From positions 236,034,001 to 236,098,000 of the forward strand of contig NC_086098.1 of assembly GCF_963921235.1 (NCBI RefSeq): 64,000 bases of DNA. Direction: 5' to 3'. The translations under genes and the position numbers were made by a program. Numbering within the stretch: position 1 is the first letter of the stretch; each line of letters opens with the position of its first letter. A model generated the notes under the pieces. It searched no databases. It saw only the letters and a list, made by a program, of their open reading frames with translations, and was not told the origin of the DNA. The stretch is from Mobula hypostoma (Eukaryota). Positions 47,398-60,924 of the stretch are shown here, piece after piece.

Positions 47398-48467
47398 TAG
47401 AAAACCATAGAAACAGGCCTTTTGGCCCTTCTTGGCTGTGCCGAACCATTTTCTGCCTAGCCCCACTGATCTGCACACGGACCATATCCCTCCATACACC
47501 TCCCATCCATGTATCTGTCCAATTTATTCTTAAATGTTAAAAAAGAACCCACATTTACCACCTCGTCCGGCAGCTCATTCCATACTCCCACCACTCTCTG
47601 TATGAAGAAGCCCCCCCAATGTTCCCTTTAAACTTTTCCCCCCTCACCCTTAACCCATGTCCTCTGGTTTTTTTCTCCCCTTGCCTCAGTGGAAAAAGCC
47701 TGCTTGCATTCACTCTATCAATACCCATCATAATTTTATATACCTCTATCAAATCTCCCCTCATTCTTCTACGCTCCAGGGAATAAAGTCCATAGTAAAG
47801 CATAGCATCTGCAGAGTATTTTGTGTTTAAGATGGCATGGCCTGAAAGGTGGACGTCTTTGATGATGGATGTTGTCTCCTCGAGACTGTCGACCACTCGG
47901 GCAGAATATGAGGTGCTGTTGTGTTTGGCCCCACTCTGGCCATGGAGAAGGCCGAGGGCAGACAGGCTGGGAAGGGGAGTTAAAACGATTAGCAACGTCA
48001 GGAAGTCTGACAACAACCAACGTGCAAAAAAAGACGAACTGTGGAAATTTTTTTAAAATACTGAGAATCTGGGTTGTAAAGAGTCATTGCAAGTGAGTCT
48101 GTGGGTTGTGGAATCAGTTCACGGCTGTGGTGAGTGGAGTATCCATGCCGGTTCAAGAGTCTGATCGCAACGGTGTAATGGTGTTCCTAAATCTAGTGGT
48201 GTGGGATCTCTGCGCCTCCTGCCCGATGGTCGTAGGGAAAAGAGAGGATGGTCTGGATGGCGATGGGTGATAGATTCCGCCTGACCAGCTGAGTTCTCCA
48301 GCACCTTCTGGCTGTTGCTCAAGATTTCCGGCACCTGCAGGGTCTCTTGTGTCTGTCATAGATCCATTGGCAAAGTTGTCCCTGCTGTGCGCCGTTGGGC
48401 TGTAGAGCCCGGGGAACGACACTAGGGGGCGCTGGGCAGGCGTTGGCGTCAGCCATTAGGTTCTTGC

Positions 48468-49118
48468 AACACGCATCAAAGTTGCTGGTGAACGTAGCAG
48501 GCCAAGCAGCAACTGTATGAAGAGGTGCAGTCGACGTTTCAGGCCGAGACCCTTCGTCAGGACTAACTGAAGGAAGAGTGAGTAAGGGATTTGAAAGTTG
48601 GAGGGGGAGGGGGAGATCCAAAATGATAGGAGAAGACAGGAGGGGGAGGGATAGAGCCAAGAGCTGGACAGGTGATAGGCAAAAGGGGATACGAGAGGAT
48701 CATGGGACAGGAGGTCCGGGAAGAAAGACAAGGGGGGGGGGTGGAACCCAGAGGATGGGCAAGAGGTATATTCAGAGGGACAGAGGGAGAAAAAGGTGAG
48801 TGAGAGAAAGAATGTGTGCATAAAAATGAGTAACAGATGGGGTACGAGGGGGAGGTGGGGCCTTAGCGGAAGTTAGAGAAGTCGATGTTCATTCCATCAG
48901 GTTGGAGGCTACCCAGACGGAATATAAGGTGTTGTTCCTCCAACCTGAGTGTGGCTTCATCTTTACAGTAGAGGAGGCCGTGGATAGACATGTCAGAATG
49001 GGAATGGGATGTGGAATTAAAATGTGTGGCCACTGGGAGATCCTGCTTTCCCTGGCGGACAGAGCGTAGATGTTCAGCAAAGCGGTCTCCCAGTCTGCGT
49101 CGGGTCTCGCCAATATAT
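48468..49118 (-). mobile_element. Penelope-like 3' fragment with an intact hammerhead motif (48528-48564)
   Basis: YIGETRRRLGDRFAEHLRS...LPVATHFNS (GIY-YIG region), and agtc-CTGACGA-AGG..CCT-GAAACGTC-gact. Confidence 0.88.
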
Positions 49119-52100
49119 AATTAGGTTCTTGTCCCGTTCTGAAAATTCCAGCTCTGCTACGGTCTCCAATGTAACGACTAATGTCGTTATGTTTATTCTG
49201 TGCTGTAAATTATGCGTAATTTATGTTAATCCAAGTTTGTGTCAGTTTATGTTTGTTAGGTCTGCTGCTGCCGTAAATCCATTTTCTTGACATTTATGCC
49301 CTGTAACGAGGTTTTTGACATAACGAGCCGGCGCGTATTTCTTTCACGAGGACGTTAATGGAGAACAGGAGGCAACACAAGTGTATTATTCAGTTATTTC
49401 CTGTTTTCGCTTCGTACAGAACAATCTCCGATGTGGAATAATCGCCTTGGTTCCCTCCCACTGCATTCGCTCCCATTCACTGAGCAGGGTTTTGTGAAGT
49501 ATTTGATCCTTTTACAATGCGGGGAGGGTCGGTGGTGCAATATCCTGAATAGCAATTTTTTTCAAACTTCAGGCAGTCTTGTAGTTTTGTAACAAGAACG
49601 GTCGCTGCCTTCCGGCTCAGACACGGGTTAGCTCCTGTGTGGAGTTTGCACGTTTTCTCTGTGACTGGGTGAGTGATCGGGATTCTCCTCGCATCCCAGC
49701 GACGTGATTTAAACAGCCGCCGTCAACCGCTCCCGTCATCTCTTCCCCAGGGGAAGAGATGACGGGAGCGTGGGAAGAATGAAATGGGATTGGTGTGGGA
49801 TTACTATACAGTACATAAGGGCCGATACAGACTCAGCGGGCCGAAAAGCCCTATTCAGCCGGGGAACGTGATTCTTCAGGGTACAATCACTGCGTGCGCG
49901 CTGACACGGACACACCACATGGGGAATGCATTAGGCGCCGGGCTCGAAGTAATGTAAACCCCGGACCAGAGTTACATGGACTGGAAGAGGTATCGTCCTC
50001 TCTCACCTACGGCCCGATCCAGTTCTCTGGTGAATACTTCAGCTGGACACCCTCCCATCCCGTCTCCCCCCCCCCCCGCCCCCAACAACTCTCCAGTCCC
50101 TACCAGGGATACACATCGTGTCCAGATGAAGGGTCTTGTCCAATTTCCCCTCATAGATGCTGCCCGATTCGCTGAGTTCTTTCAGCTGATCCTTTATCGA
50201 GTATTCCAGCATCTGCAATCTCTCTCTCTCTATGTGCCTCCTGTTACGAGATTAAAGAGGGTGACAGTCGTTTCAAACCGAGGTTTTAGCGCCATACAGC
50301 TCGTAAACAGGCCCTTCGGCTCATCTCATCTACGCATTCCCAGCAAAGCTAGCCCTATTCGCCTGCAATCGTCCCACATTCCTTTACCCTTCGCATCCAA
50401 AGTACCTTCTGGATGTTGTTAACGTACCTGCCTCAGCCACTTCCTCTGGCACCTCATTCCAATTAAAACTGCCCCTCTGTTTCCTACTAAATTTCTCCCC
50501 TCTCACCCTAAACCTATGCCCTCTAGGTTCTGATTCTCCAACCCCGGGAAAGACTGGTCAAACTGTGCGCCGCCTTTATAAGGTCACCCCTCACTCCACT
50601 GGAAAATAAAGTCCCGAACCCCTCTCTGTAACTCAGTCCCTCGATTCCCAGCAAATCCTCGCAAATCTCCTGTGCACTCTTTCCAGGTAAACGTCATCTT
50701 GTCTGCAACAGGGTGACCAAAACTGAGCCCATCAATTTCATATACAACTGAGGTGTGTAGAAACGGTAGCCTAGCAGTTAGCACAATACTATACTATTAC
50801 AACTCGGGCATCAGCGTCTGGACTCTGGCGCTGTCTGTAAGGAGTTTGTACATTCTTCCTGTGTGTATGTGGGTTTCCTCTGGGTGCTCCAGTCTCCTTC
50901 CACAGTCCAAAACTTTATCTGTTTATTCATTCAGATACAGTTCAGAATAGGCTCCTCTAGCCCTTCAACCCCCAGTATAACCCTAGCCTAATCACAGGAC
51001 AATTTATTTAACCTACCAACCGGTACCTCTGTGGACTATGGGAGGAAACAGGAGCACCTGGAGAAAACATTTATGGGTAAAAGGAAAAATGTACAAACTG
51101 CATACAGGTTGCATCAGGAATTTTGAAACTGGGTCGCTGGTACTGTAAAGCATACAGCTAACAATTACACTACTGTGCAGCCCGGGTATCGGTTGGTGGG
51201 GTAATTGGTCATCGTAAATTGTCCCCTGATTAGGCTCGGGTTTAATACGTGGGTTGCTGAGTGTTGTGGCTCATTGGGCTGGGAGAGCCTGTCCACACTG
51301 TATCTCTAAATAAATAAATAGACAGTGGGAGTTCTCAATCTTGTGTGGGTGGGTGTAGCAGTTGGATCACGGGGTGGGGGATGCAAAGAGGAAGGAGACA
51401 ATGATGTGAAACATCAGATGCACTGAGGGCTCTGGGGAATTGACCCAGAGGTGAAGCTGAAGCCCTGTTGCAGAGCGGTCATGATCACATTGATGAACGG
51501 GGTAGAATTGAGGGGCCAATCAGCCTACTCTCATGTCCTTCCACCCCCAGCCCATTCCCCCCTGTGCAGAGGAACCTCTTCCTCATCACAGTTCCTTTCA
51601 TCTTGGGACACCCCCGCCCCCACCCAGTGCCAACCAGAATGTTCTATTTCTTCCCAACTGCAAGCATCTTCATATGACTCCAACGCACCCCACCGTAGCC
51701 TCACTGAACACCTACAGTCCCTCAGAGGAGGGAAACAGGCCCTTCAGCCCAACTGGGCCATGATTGCCAAGATGCTCATCAGAGCCAGTCCCATTTGCCT
51801 GCATTTGGCCTATATCCCGCTAAACCTTTCCTATCCATGTCAGAGAGTGGGGGAGAATTGTCTTTTAAACATTGTAATTGCAACTCCTCAAGAGCTTCCT
51901 CTGTGAATGCATGTGTTTCCTCTGGGTGCTCTGGTTTCCTCCCACAGTCCGAAAGCATACCGGTTGCGAGCATGCTTGCTTTTATTGTTTGCATGATTCG
52001 TGTCTGTTTTTTTTCTCTCTCTCTGTGCATTGGTGTTTGTTGGTCTTCTTTTAATGGGTTCTTTTGGGTTTCTTGCTTTGTGGCTGCCAACAAGGAGATG

Positions 52101-53133
52101 AATCTCAAGGTTGTATAAATTATACATACTTCAATAATAAATGTACTTTGAACTCTTAATTGGTCTTTGTAAATTGTACTGTGAGTAGACTAGGGATACA
52201 TCAGGGGTTTGCTGGCTGGCACAGCTCAAATGCCCAGAAGAGTCTATTCGCACTGTAGATCAATAAATCAAATAAAAAACTTGCCTATAATTTCCATCAA
52301 CCTCAGTGTGAAAATGTTGCCCCTCAGATTCCCTTTAAATTTTTCCCCTTTCACCTTAAACCAATGCCCTCCAGTTTCAAACTCCCCTATATGGGAGAAA
52401 GATCATTATTGAAGCCCATCATGATTTTGTAAACCTCTACCCCCAAGATCACCCCTCATCCTCCTTCATTCCAGGGAAACCATCCCACCCTGTCCAGTCT
52501 TTCCTTGTAACATATTCTCTCCAGTCCCGGTAACATCCTGGTAAAACGTTTCAGAATCAGAATCAGGTTTATTATCACCAGCATGTGACGTGAAATCAGG
52601 CTTAATATCATCAGCATATGTCATGAAAATTGTTGTTTCACAGCAGCAGTACATTACAATACTTAATAATAAAATCTATCATTACAATATGTATATAAAA
52701 TATAAATTAAATAATTAGTACAAAAAGAGAAGGAACAAAATACTGAGTAAGTGTTCATGGGTTAATTGTCCATTCAGAAATCCAATAGTGGAGGGGAAGA
52801 TTCTGTTTCTAAAATGTTGACTGTGTGGCCTCAGGCTCCTGCGCTTCCTCCCAGATGTCACAAATGAAAGGAGGACAAATACTGGGCAATGGGGGGTCCA
52901 TAATGATTGATGCCGCTGTTTTGAGTCATCTCCTTTTGAAAATGTTCACGATGCTGGTGAGGGCCCATGATGGAGTTTACAACTTTCTGCAGTCTGTTCT
53001 GATCCTGTGCAGTGGGCCGTCCTACTAGATGGTGATGCAACCAATTAGAATGTTCTCCACAGCACGTCAGTAGAAATTTGTGTCTTTGGTGACATACCAA
53101 TTGTCCTCAAACTCCTAATGAAATGTCATCACT

Positions 53134-56100
53134 GTTGTGCCTCCCTGGTGCCAAGGTCCGCGATATCTCGGATCGAGTTTTCAGCATTCTCAAGAGGGAG
53201 GGTGAGCAGCTGGATGTCATGGTCCATGCAGGGACCAATGACGTGGATAGGAAGAGTGAGGAGGTCCTGAAAGGCGAGTTTAGGGAGTTAGGCGCCAAGT
53301 TAAAGGACAGGACCTCCAGGATAGCAATCTCAGGATTGCTACCAGTGCCACGTGCAGGTGGGTTTAGGAATAGTAAGATAGCGCAGATCAACACGTGGCT
53401 GAAGACATGGTGCAGGAGGGAGGGCTTCAGATTTATAGATAATAGGGCAGTTTTCCAGGGAAGGTGGGACCCGTTCCGGTGGGACGGCTTACATCTGAAT
53501 GGAGGGGGACAAATATTCTTGCGGGTAGGTTTGCTAGAGAGGCTCCACTGGATTTAAACTAGATACGGGGGGGGGGCGGGGGGAACCAGAGTGTAGGAAC
53601 AGATGTGGGGGAGAAGGAAGAAAAAGGAAATAGTAAAGTTGTTTGCACGGTTAGTGATAAGCAGAGAGAAAGAGGTGGAAAATTTCTTAAATGCATTTAT
53701 TTTAATGCTAGGAGCATTATAAGAAAGGTGGATGAGCTTAGAGCATGGATTGATACCTGGAAGTATGATGTTGTAGCTATTAGTAAAACATGGTTGCAGG
53801 AGGGGTGTGATTGGCAACTAAATATTCCTGGATTTCATTGCTTCAGGTGTGATAGAATTGGAGGGAGAAGAGGGGGAGGTGTTGCATTGTCTGTCAGAGA
53901 AAATATTACAGCGCTGCTCTGGCAAGATAGATTAGAGGGCTTGTCTAGGGAGGCTATTTGTGTGGAATTGAGGAATGGGAAAGGTGTAGTAACACTTATA
54001 GGGATATATTGTAGACCACCAAGTGGGGAAAAAGAATTGGAGGAGCAAATTTGTAAGGAGATAGCAGATATTTGTAGTAAGCACAAGGTTGTGATTGTGA
54101 GAGATTTTAATTCTCTACACATAGACTGGGAAGCCCATTCTGTAAAAGGGCTGGATGGTTTGGAGTTTGTAAAATGTGTGCAGGATAGTTTTTGCAGCAA
54201 TACATAGAGGTACCAGCTAGAGAAGGGGCAGTGTTGGATCTCCTGTTAGGGAATGAGATAGGTCAGGTGACAGAGGTTTGTGTTGGGGAGCTCTTCGGGT
54301 CCAGTGATCACAATGCCATTAGTTTCAATATAATTATGGAGGATAGATCTGGACCCGGGGTTGAGATTTTTGATTGGAGAAAGGCTAACTTTAAGGAGGT
54401 GCAAAAGGATTTAGAAGGAGTGGATTGGGACAATTTGTTTTATGGGAAGGATGTAATAGAGAAATGGAGGTCATTTAAAGGTGAAATTTTGAGGGTACAG
54501 AATCTTTATGTTCCTGTTAGGTTGAAAGGAAAAGTTAAAAGTTTGAGAGAGCCATGGTTTTCAACGGATATTGGAAACTTGGTTCGGAAAAAGAGAGATA
54601 TCTACAATAAATATAGGCAGCATGGAGTAAATGAGGTGCTCAAGGAATATAAAGAATGTAAAAAGAATCTTAAGGAAGAAATTAGAAAAGCTGAAAGAAG
54701 ATATGAGGTTGCTTTGGTAAGTAAGGTGAAAATAAATCCAAAGGGTTTCTACAGTTATAGTAATATCAAAAGGATAGAGAGGGATAAAATTTGTCCCTTA
54801 GAGCATCAAAGTGGACAGCTATGTGTGGAGCCAAAAGAGATGGGGGAGATTTTAAACAATTTCTTTTCTTCGGTATTCACTAAGGAGAAGGATATTGAAT
54901 TGTGGAAGGTAAGGGAAACAGGTAGGGAAGTTATGGAAACTATGGTGATTAAAGAAGAGCAAGTACTGGCGCTTTTAAGGAATATAAAAGTGGATAAGTC
55001 TCCGGGTCCTGACAGGATATTCCCTAGGACCTTGAGGGAAGTTAGTGTGGAAATAGCAGGGCTCTGACAGAAATATTTCAAATGTCATTAGAAAAGGGGA
55101 TGGTGCCAGAGGATTGGCGCATTGCTCATATTGTTCCATTGTTTAAAAGGTTTCTAAGAGTAAACCTAGCAATTATCGGCCTGTGAGTTTGACGTCAGTG
55201 GTGGGTAAATTGATGGAAAGTATTCTTAGAGATAGTATATATATATAAGTATCTGGATAGTCAGGATCTGATTAGGAACAGTCAACATGGATTTGTGTGT
55301 GGAAAGTCATGTTTGACAAATCTTATTGAATTTTTTGAAGAGGTTACTAGGAAAGTTGACGAGGGTAAAGCAGTGGATGTTGTCTAAATGGACTTCAGTA
55401 AGGCCTTTGACAAGGTTCCACATGGAAGGTTAGTTAGGAAGGTTCAATCGTTAGGTATTAATATTGAAGTAGTAAAATGGATTCAACAGTGGCTGGATGG
55501 GAGATGCCAGAGATTAGTGGTGGATAATTATTTGTCAGATTGGAGGCCGGTGAATAGTGGTGTGCCTCAGGGATCTGTACTGGGTCCAATGTTGTTTGTC
55601 ATATACATTAATGGTCTGGATGATGGGGTTATAAATTGGATTAGTAAGTATGCAGATGATACTAAGATAGGTGGAGTTGTGGATAATGAAGTAGGTTTTC
55701 AAAGCTTGCAGATAGATTTAGGTCAGTTAGAAGAGTGGGCTGAAAGATGGCAGATGGAGTTTAATGCTGATAAGTGTGAGGTGCTACATTTTGGTAGGAC
55801 TAATCAGAATAGGACATACATGGTAAATGGTAGGGCATTGAAGAATGCAGTAGAACAGAAGGATCAAGGAATAATGGTGCATAGTTCCCTGAAAGTGGAA
55901 TCTCATGTGGAAAGGATGGTGAAGAAAGCTTTTGGTATGTTGGCCTTTATAAATCAGAGCATTGAATATAGGAGTTGGGATGTAATGTTAAAATTCTACA
56001 AGGCATTGGTGAGGCCAAATTTGGAGTATTGTGTACAGTTCTGGTCGCCGAATTATAGGAAAGATGTCAACAAAACAGAGAGAGTACAGAGAAGATTTAC

Positions 56101-56571
56101 CAGAATGTTACCTGGGTTTCATCACCTAAGTTACAGAGAAAGATTGAACAAGTTGGGTGTTTATTCTTTGGAGCGTAGAAGGTTGAGGGGGGACTTGATA
56201 GAGGTATTTAAAATTATAAGGGGGATATATAGAGTTGACGTGGATAGGCTTTTTCCATTGAGAGTGGGGGAGATTCAAACAAGACGACATGAGTTGAAAG
56301 TTAAAGGGCAAAAGTTTAGGGGTAACATGAGGGGGAACTTCTTTACTCAGAGAGTGGTAGCTGTGTGGAATGAGCTTCCAGCAGAAGTGGTTGAGGCAGG
56401 TTCGATATTGTCATTTAAAGTTAGATTGGATAGCTATATGGACAGGAAAGGAATGGAGGGTTATGGGCTGAGTGCAGGTCCGTGGGACTAGGTGGGAGTA
56501 AGAGTTCGGCATGGACTAGAAGGTCCAAGGTGGTCTGTTTCTGTGCTGTAATTGTTATATGGTTATATGGT
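53134..56571 (+). mobile_element. Long CR1 LINE: partial ORF1 (SGNH esterase) and complete but frameshifted ORF2 (APE endonuclease + RT), nested in a - strand Rex/Babar remnant
   Basis: ORF1 CLPGAKVRD...VHAGTND...DGLHLN. ORF2 YFNARSI...ETW-like, GSSDHN, DFSKAFDKVPH, GVPQGSVLGP, YADD. (ATATGGTT)n tail. The host element continues at 52550-53130 and 56571-56790. Confidence 0.93.
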
Positions 56572-56835
56572 AATTGCATCAATATGTTGGGCAGGATAGA
56601 TCCTCAGAGATGTTGACACCCAGCAACTTGAAACTGAACTCCCTTTCCACTTCTAATCCCGCAATGAAAACTCATGTGTGTGTGTTCCCTCAACTTCCAC
56701 ATCCTAAAGTCCACAATAAATTCCTTGGTCTTACTGACATTGACTATAAATTTGTTGCTGCAGCAACACACAACCGGCAGCCTCTCCAACTTAATACCAT
56801 CCTTCCTGTTGCTGGGTGACCCAGGAGAGAGAACG

Positions 56836-57462
56836 TTTGGTATATTGGCCTTTGTAAATCAATCTATTGCGTACAGGAGATGGGATGTTATGCTGAAATT
56901 GTATAAGATGTTGGTAAGGCCTAATTTGGTGTATTGTGTGCAGTTTTGGTCACCTAACTTCAGGAAAGTTATCAATATGATTGAAAGAGTACAGAGAAAA
57001 TTTACAAAGATGTTGCTGGGACTTGTGGACCTGAGTTATAGGGAAAAGTTGAATAAGTTAGGACTGTATTCCCTAGAATTTAGAAGAATGAGGGGAGATT
57101 TGATCAGGGTATAAAAAAGTATGATAGGTATAGATAGCATAAATGCAAGCAGGCTTTTTCCCACTGGGGTTGGGTGGGACTAGAAATAGAGGTCATAGGT
57201 TGAGGGCGAAAGGCAAAATGTTTAAGGCGAACATGATGGGGAACTCCTTCACTCAGAGGGTGGTGATAGTGTGGGACAAGCTGCCATTGGAAGTAATGGA
57301 TGTGGGTTTGATTTCAACATTTAATACAAGTTTAGATAAGTGAATGAATGGAAGGGGTATGGAGGGATATGATCTGGGTACAGTCAGTGGGACTTGGCAG
57401 ATTAATATCTCAACAAGGTATAGATGGGCCAAAGAGCCTCCTTCCGTGCTATAGTACTCTTG
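56836..57462 (+). mobile_element. CR1 3' fragment
   Basis: FGILAFVNQSIAYRRWDVMLKLYKMLVRPNLVYCVQFWSP. Confidence 0.85.
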
Positions 57463-58842
57463 ACCTGAACTGCACATAACACTCTGTATGTTTACCCAAC
57501 ATCCTGTATAGCCATAACATGACATTGCAACTCCTGAACTCAGTAACCTGACCGATGAAGGCCAGCATGTCAAACACCTTCTTCACCACCCTGTCAATCT
57601 GGGTCACCGGGTAACCAAACCCTCTACCCACCAGACCAGAGAAATTTCTTCTGCCTCCCCTCTTGTATCTCTCTGAAGACGTGGTGGCAGATGAGTCTTT
57701 TATCACATATTCACGGATGCAATGAAACTCCAGAGTAAACAGTACACATGACAATAATAAGTTAGACTGTCACCCCTTTAGAAGCGTAGTCTGTCCTGGG
57801 CTAGTCTGGTGGTGATCCTTTGTGTTAGAATGTAGCTTCTGCTTTCACCACATGACTCCATACATCTTCTAGGTGATGATCCTTCCTCTCTCAGAGATGA
57901 GACCTTTGACATTTCTGTAGCACTGGGTGTTTACAGGATGGAGTTGCTAGCCCCATGCCCAACCTGTCTCCTTTCGCAGGCGGGTGGAGACTGTCCACGG
58001 CAGAGTTGTGCCAATAATAAATTCAGCGATGAGCACAAAACAGTGAAGACACTATAGTGCTGTCTGAGACAGTGCAGAGAGAAATGGTCTAGTGATAAAA
58101 AACAGGATAAATAAGAGAGGGAGGATTCACTCCAAGAAGGTGGCAGCCTTACTCAGTAGGAGATAGTATAATTGGTTCATTATTGTCACATTTACTGAGA
58201 TTCATTAAAAAGCTTCTCTTGCCTACTGTTCATACAGATTAAATCATTACACAGTGCATTGAGATACAACAAGGTAAGGCAATAACAGAATGCAGGATAA
58301 AGTGTAACAGTTACAGAGAAAGTGCAGGCAGGCAATATGGTGCAGATTGTGAGGTCAAGTCTCCACCTTATCCTACAAGGGAACTATACAACAGATTTAT
58401 AACAGTGGCATAGAAGTTGTCTTTGAGCCTAGTGGTATGTGCTTTCCGACTTTGCATCTTCACCCTGCTGGGAGGCAGAGAAGAGAGAATGCCTGTGATG
58501 GCTTCTTTACTGAAACAGTGGGAAGTGTAGACAAGAGTCCATGAATGGGAGGCTGGTTTCTATGATGTGCTGAGTCGTGTTCAGAACTCTCTGCAGTTCC
58601 TTGTGGTCATGGACAGAGCAGTGGCCGTACCAAGCTGTGATGCATCCGGATAAAATGCTCTCTGTGGCACAACAATAAAGGCTTGACTGGGGGCATGTCA
58701 AATTTCTGTTCCTGAAGAAGTGAAAGAGATGATTGGTTCAGGAATCTGATAGCAGTGCAAAAGAAGCTGCCCTTAAATCCTGATGCATGCTTTCAATCCA
58801 AACTGTTAACAATCTCTCTCTGTCTCTGTCTCTCTATATATA

Positions 58843-60486
58843 CAGTTGAAATCAGAAGTTTACATACACCTTAGCCAAATACATTTAAACTCAGTTTTTC
58901 ACAATTCCTGACATTTAATCCGAGAAAATATTCCCTGTCTTAGGTCAGTTAGGATCACTACTTTCTTTTAAGAATGTGAAATGTCAGAATAATAGTAGAG
59001 AGAATGATTTGTTTCAGCTTTTATTTCTTTCATCACTTTCCCAGTGGGTCAGAAGTTTACATACACTTTGTTAGTATTTGGGAGCATTGCCTTTAAATTG
59101 TTTAACTTGGGTCAAATGTTTTGGTAGCCTTCCACAAACTTCTGACAGTAAGCTGCCGGAATTTTGTTCCATTCCTCCAGACAGAACTGGTGTAACTGAG
59201 TCAGGTTTGTAGGCCTCCTTGCTCGCACACGCTTTTTCAGTTCTGCCCACCAATTTTCTATCAGATTAAGGTCAGGGCTTTGTGATGGCAACTCCAATAC
59301 CTTGACTTTGTTGTCCTTAAGCAATTTTGTCACAACCTTTGGAGGTATGCTTGGGGTCATTGTCCATTTGGAAGACCCATTTGCGACCCAGCTTGAACTT
59401 CCTGGCTGATGTCTTGAGCTGTTGCTTCAATATATCCACATAATTTTCCTTCCTCATGATGCCATCTATTTTGTGAAGTGCACCAGTCTCTCCTGCAGCA
59501 AAGCACCCCCACTACATGATGCTGCCACCCCCATGCTTCACGGTTGGGATGGTGTTCTTCGGCTTGCAAGCCTCACCCTTTTTCCTCCAAACATAACGAT
59601 GGTCATTATGGCCAAACAGTTCAATTTTTGTTTCATCAGACCAGAGGACATTTCTCCAAAAAGTAAGATCTTTGTTCCCATGTGCACTTGCAAACTGTAG
59701 TCTGGCTTTTTTATGGCGGTTTTGGAGCAGTGGCTTCTTCCTTGCTGAGCAGCCTTTCAGGTTATTTCGATATAGGACTTGTTTTACTGTGGATATAGAT
59801 ACTTGTCTACCTGTTTCCTCCAGCATCTTCACAAGGTCCTTTGCTGTTGTTCTGAGATTGATTTGCACTTTTCGTGCCAAAGTACGTTCATCTCTAGGAG
59901 ACAGAACACGTCTCCTTCCTGAGCGGTATGACGGCTGCATGGTCCCATGGCGTTTATACTTGCATACTATTGCTTGTACAGATGAACGTGGTACCTTCAG
60001 GCGTTTGGAAATTGCTCTCAAGGATGAACCAGACCTGACATCATTTTCTGACCTCAATCCGATGGAAAATTTGTGGGCAGAACTGAAAAAGCGTGTGCGA
60101 GCAAGGAGGCCTACAAACCTGACTCGGTTACACCAGTTCTGTCTGGAGGAATGGAACAAAACTCCAGCAACTTACTGTGAGAAGCTTGTGGAAGGCTACC
60201 AAAAACATTTGACCCAAGTTAAACAATTTAAAGACAATGCTACCAAATACTAACAAAGTGTATGTAAACTTCTGACCCACCGAGAAAGTGATGAAAGAAA
60301 TAAAAACTGAAATAAATCATTCTCTCTACTATTATTCTGACATTTCACATTCTTAAAGTAAAGTAGTGATGCTAACTGACCTAAGACAGGGAATGTTTTC
60401 TAGGATTAAATGTCAGGAATTGTGAAAAACAGAGTTTAAATATACTGAGTTGGCTAAATGTATGTGTAAACCTCTGACTTCAACTG
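58843..60486 (-). mobile_element. Sleeping Beauty-family Tc1 element with defective transposase and two right ends (~435-bp inverted arms)
   Basis: Termini CAGTTGAA...TTCAACTG with TA on both sides and IR/DR inner repeats. Transposase SGSSLRAISKRLKVPRSSVQ...WSDETKIELFG...MDNDPKH...SPDLN.IEN...KY has a TAG at 59514-59512, frameshifts and no N-terminus. 60048-60486 is an inverted copy of 58843-59275. Confidence 0.95.
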
Positions 60487-60924
60487 TATATATCTATCTC
60501 TCTCACTCTCTCTATCTGTCTTTGTCTCTCTCCATCTCTATCTATCACTCTCTCTCTCTGTCCCTCTCGACCTATCTACCTTTCACACTTTGCTCACTGT
60601 CTGTCAGGCTGATGTCAAATTTTCTCCACCACCCACCTTCAACCTCACCTGGTCTCACCTATCACATTCCAGCTTGTGCTCCTTCCCCCTACCTTCCTTT
60701 CTAGTCCTGTTGAAGAGTCTCAGCCCGAAACTTCGACTGTTCATTCTCGTCCGTATCCATTGCTTGAAATGCTCAGATCCACCATTGTCTGGTGTGTGCT
60801 GTATTTTCTGTGATGCACTGGTGGGACAGATTGAAGAAAGTGAGCAGAGAGAAAGAGAATGAAAAGAAGAGAACCATGTTAACAACAGAAGCCAAATAAA
60901 ATTGCAAGTCATATGATCTTATTC

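Noticed and set aside
53134-56571. Active CR1 or domesticated RT gene
   Set aside because: ORF2 is broken by several frameshifts and stops, and ORF1 is 5'-truncated.
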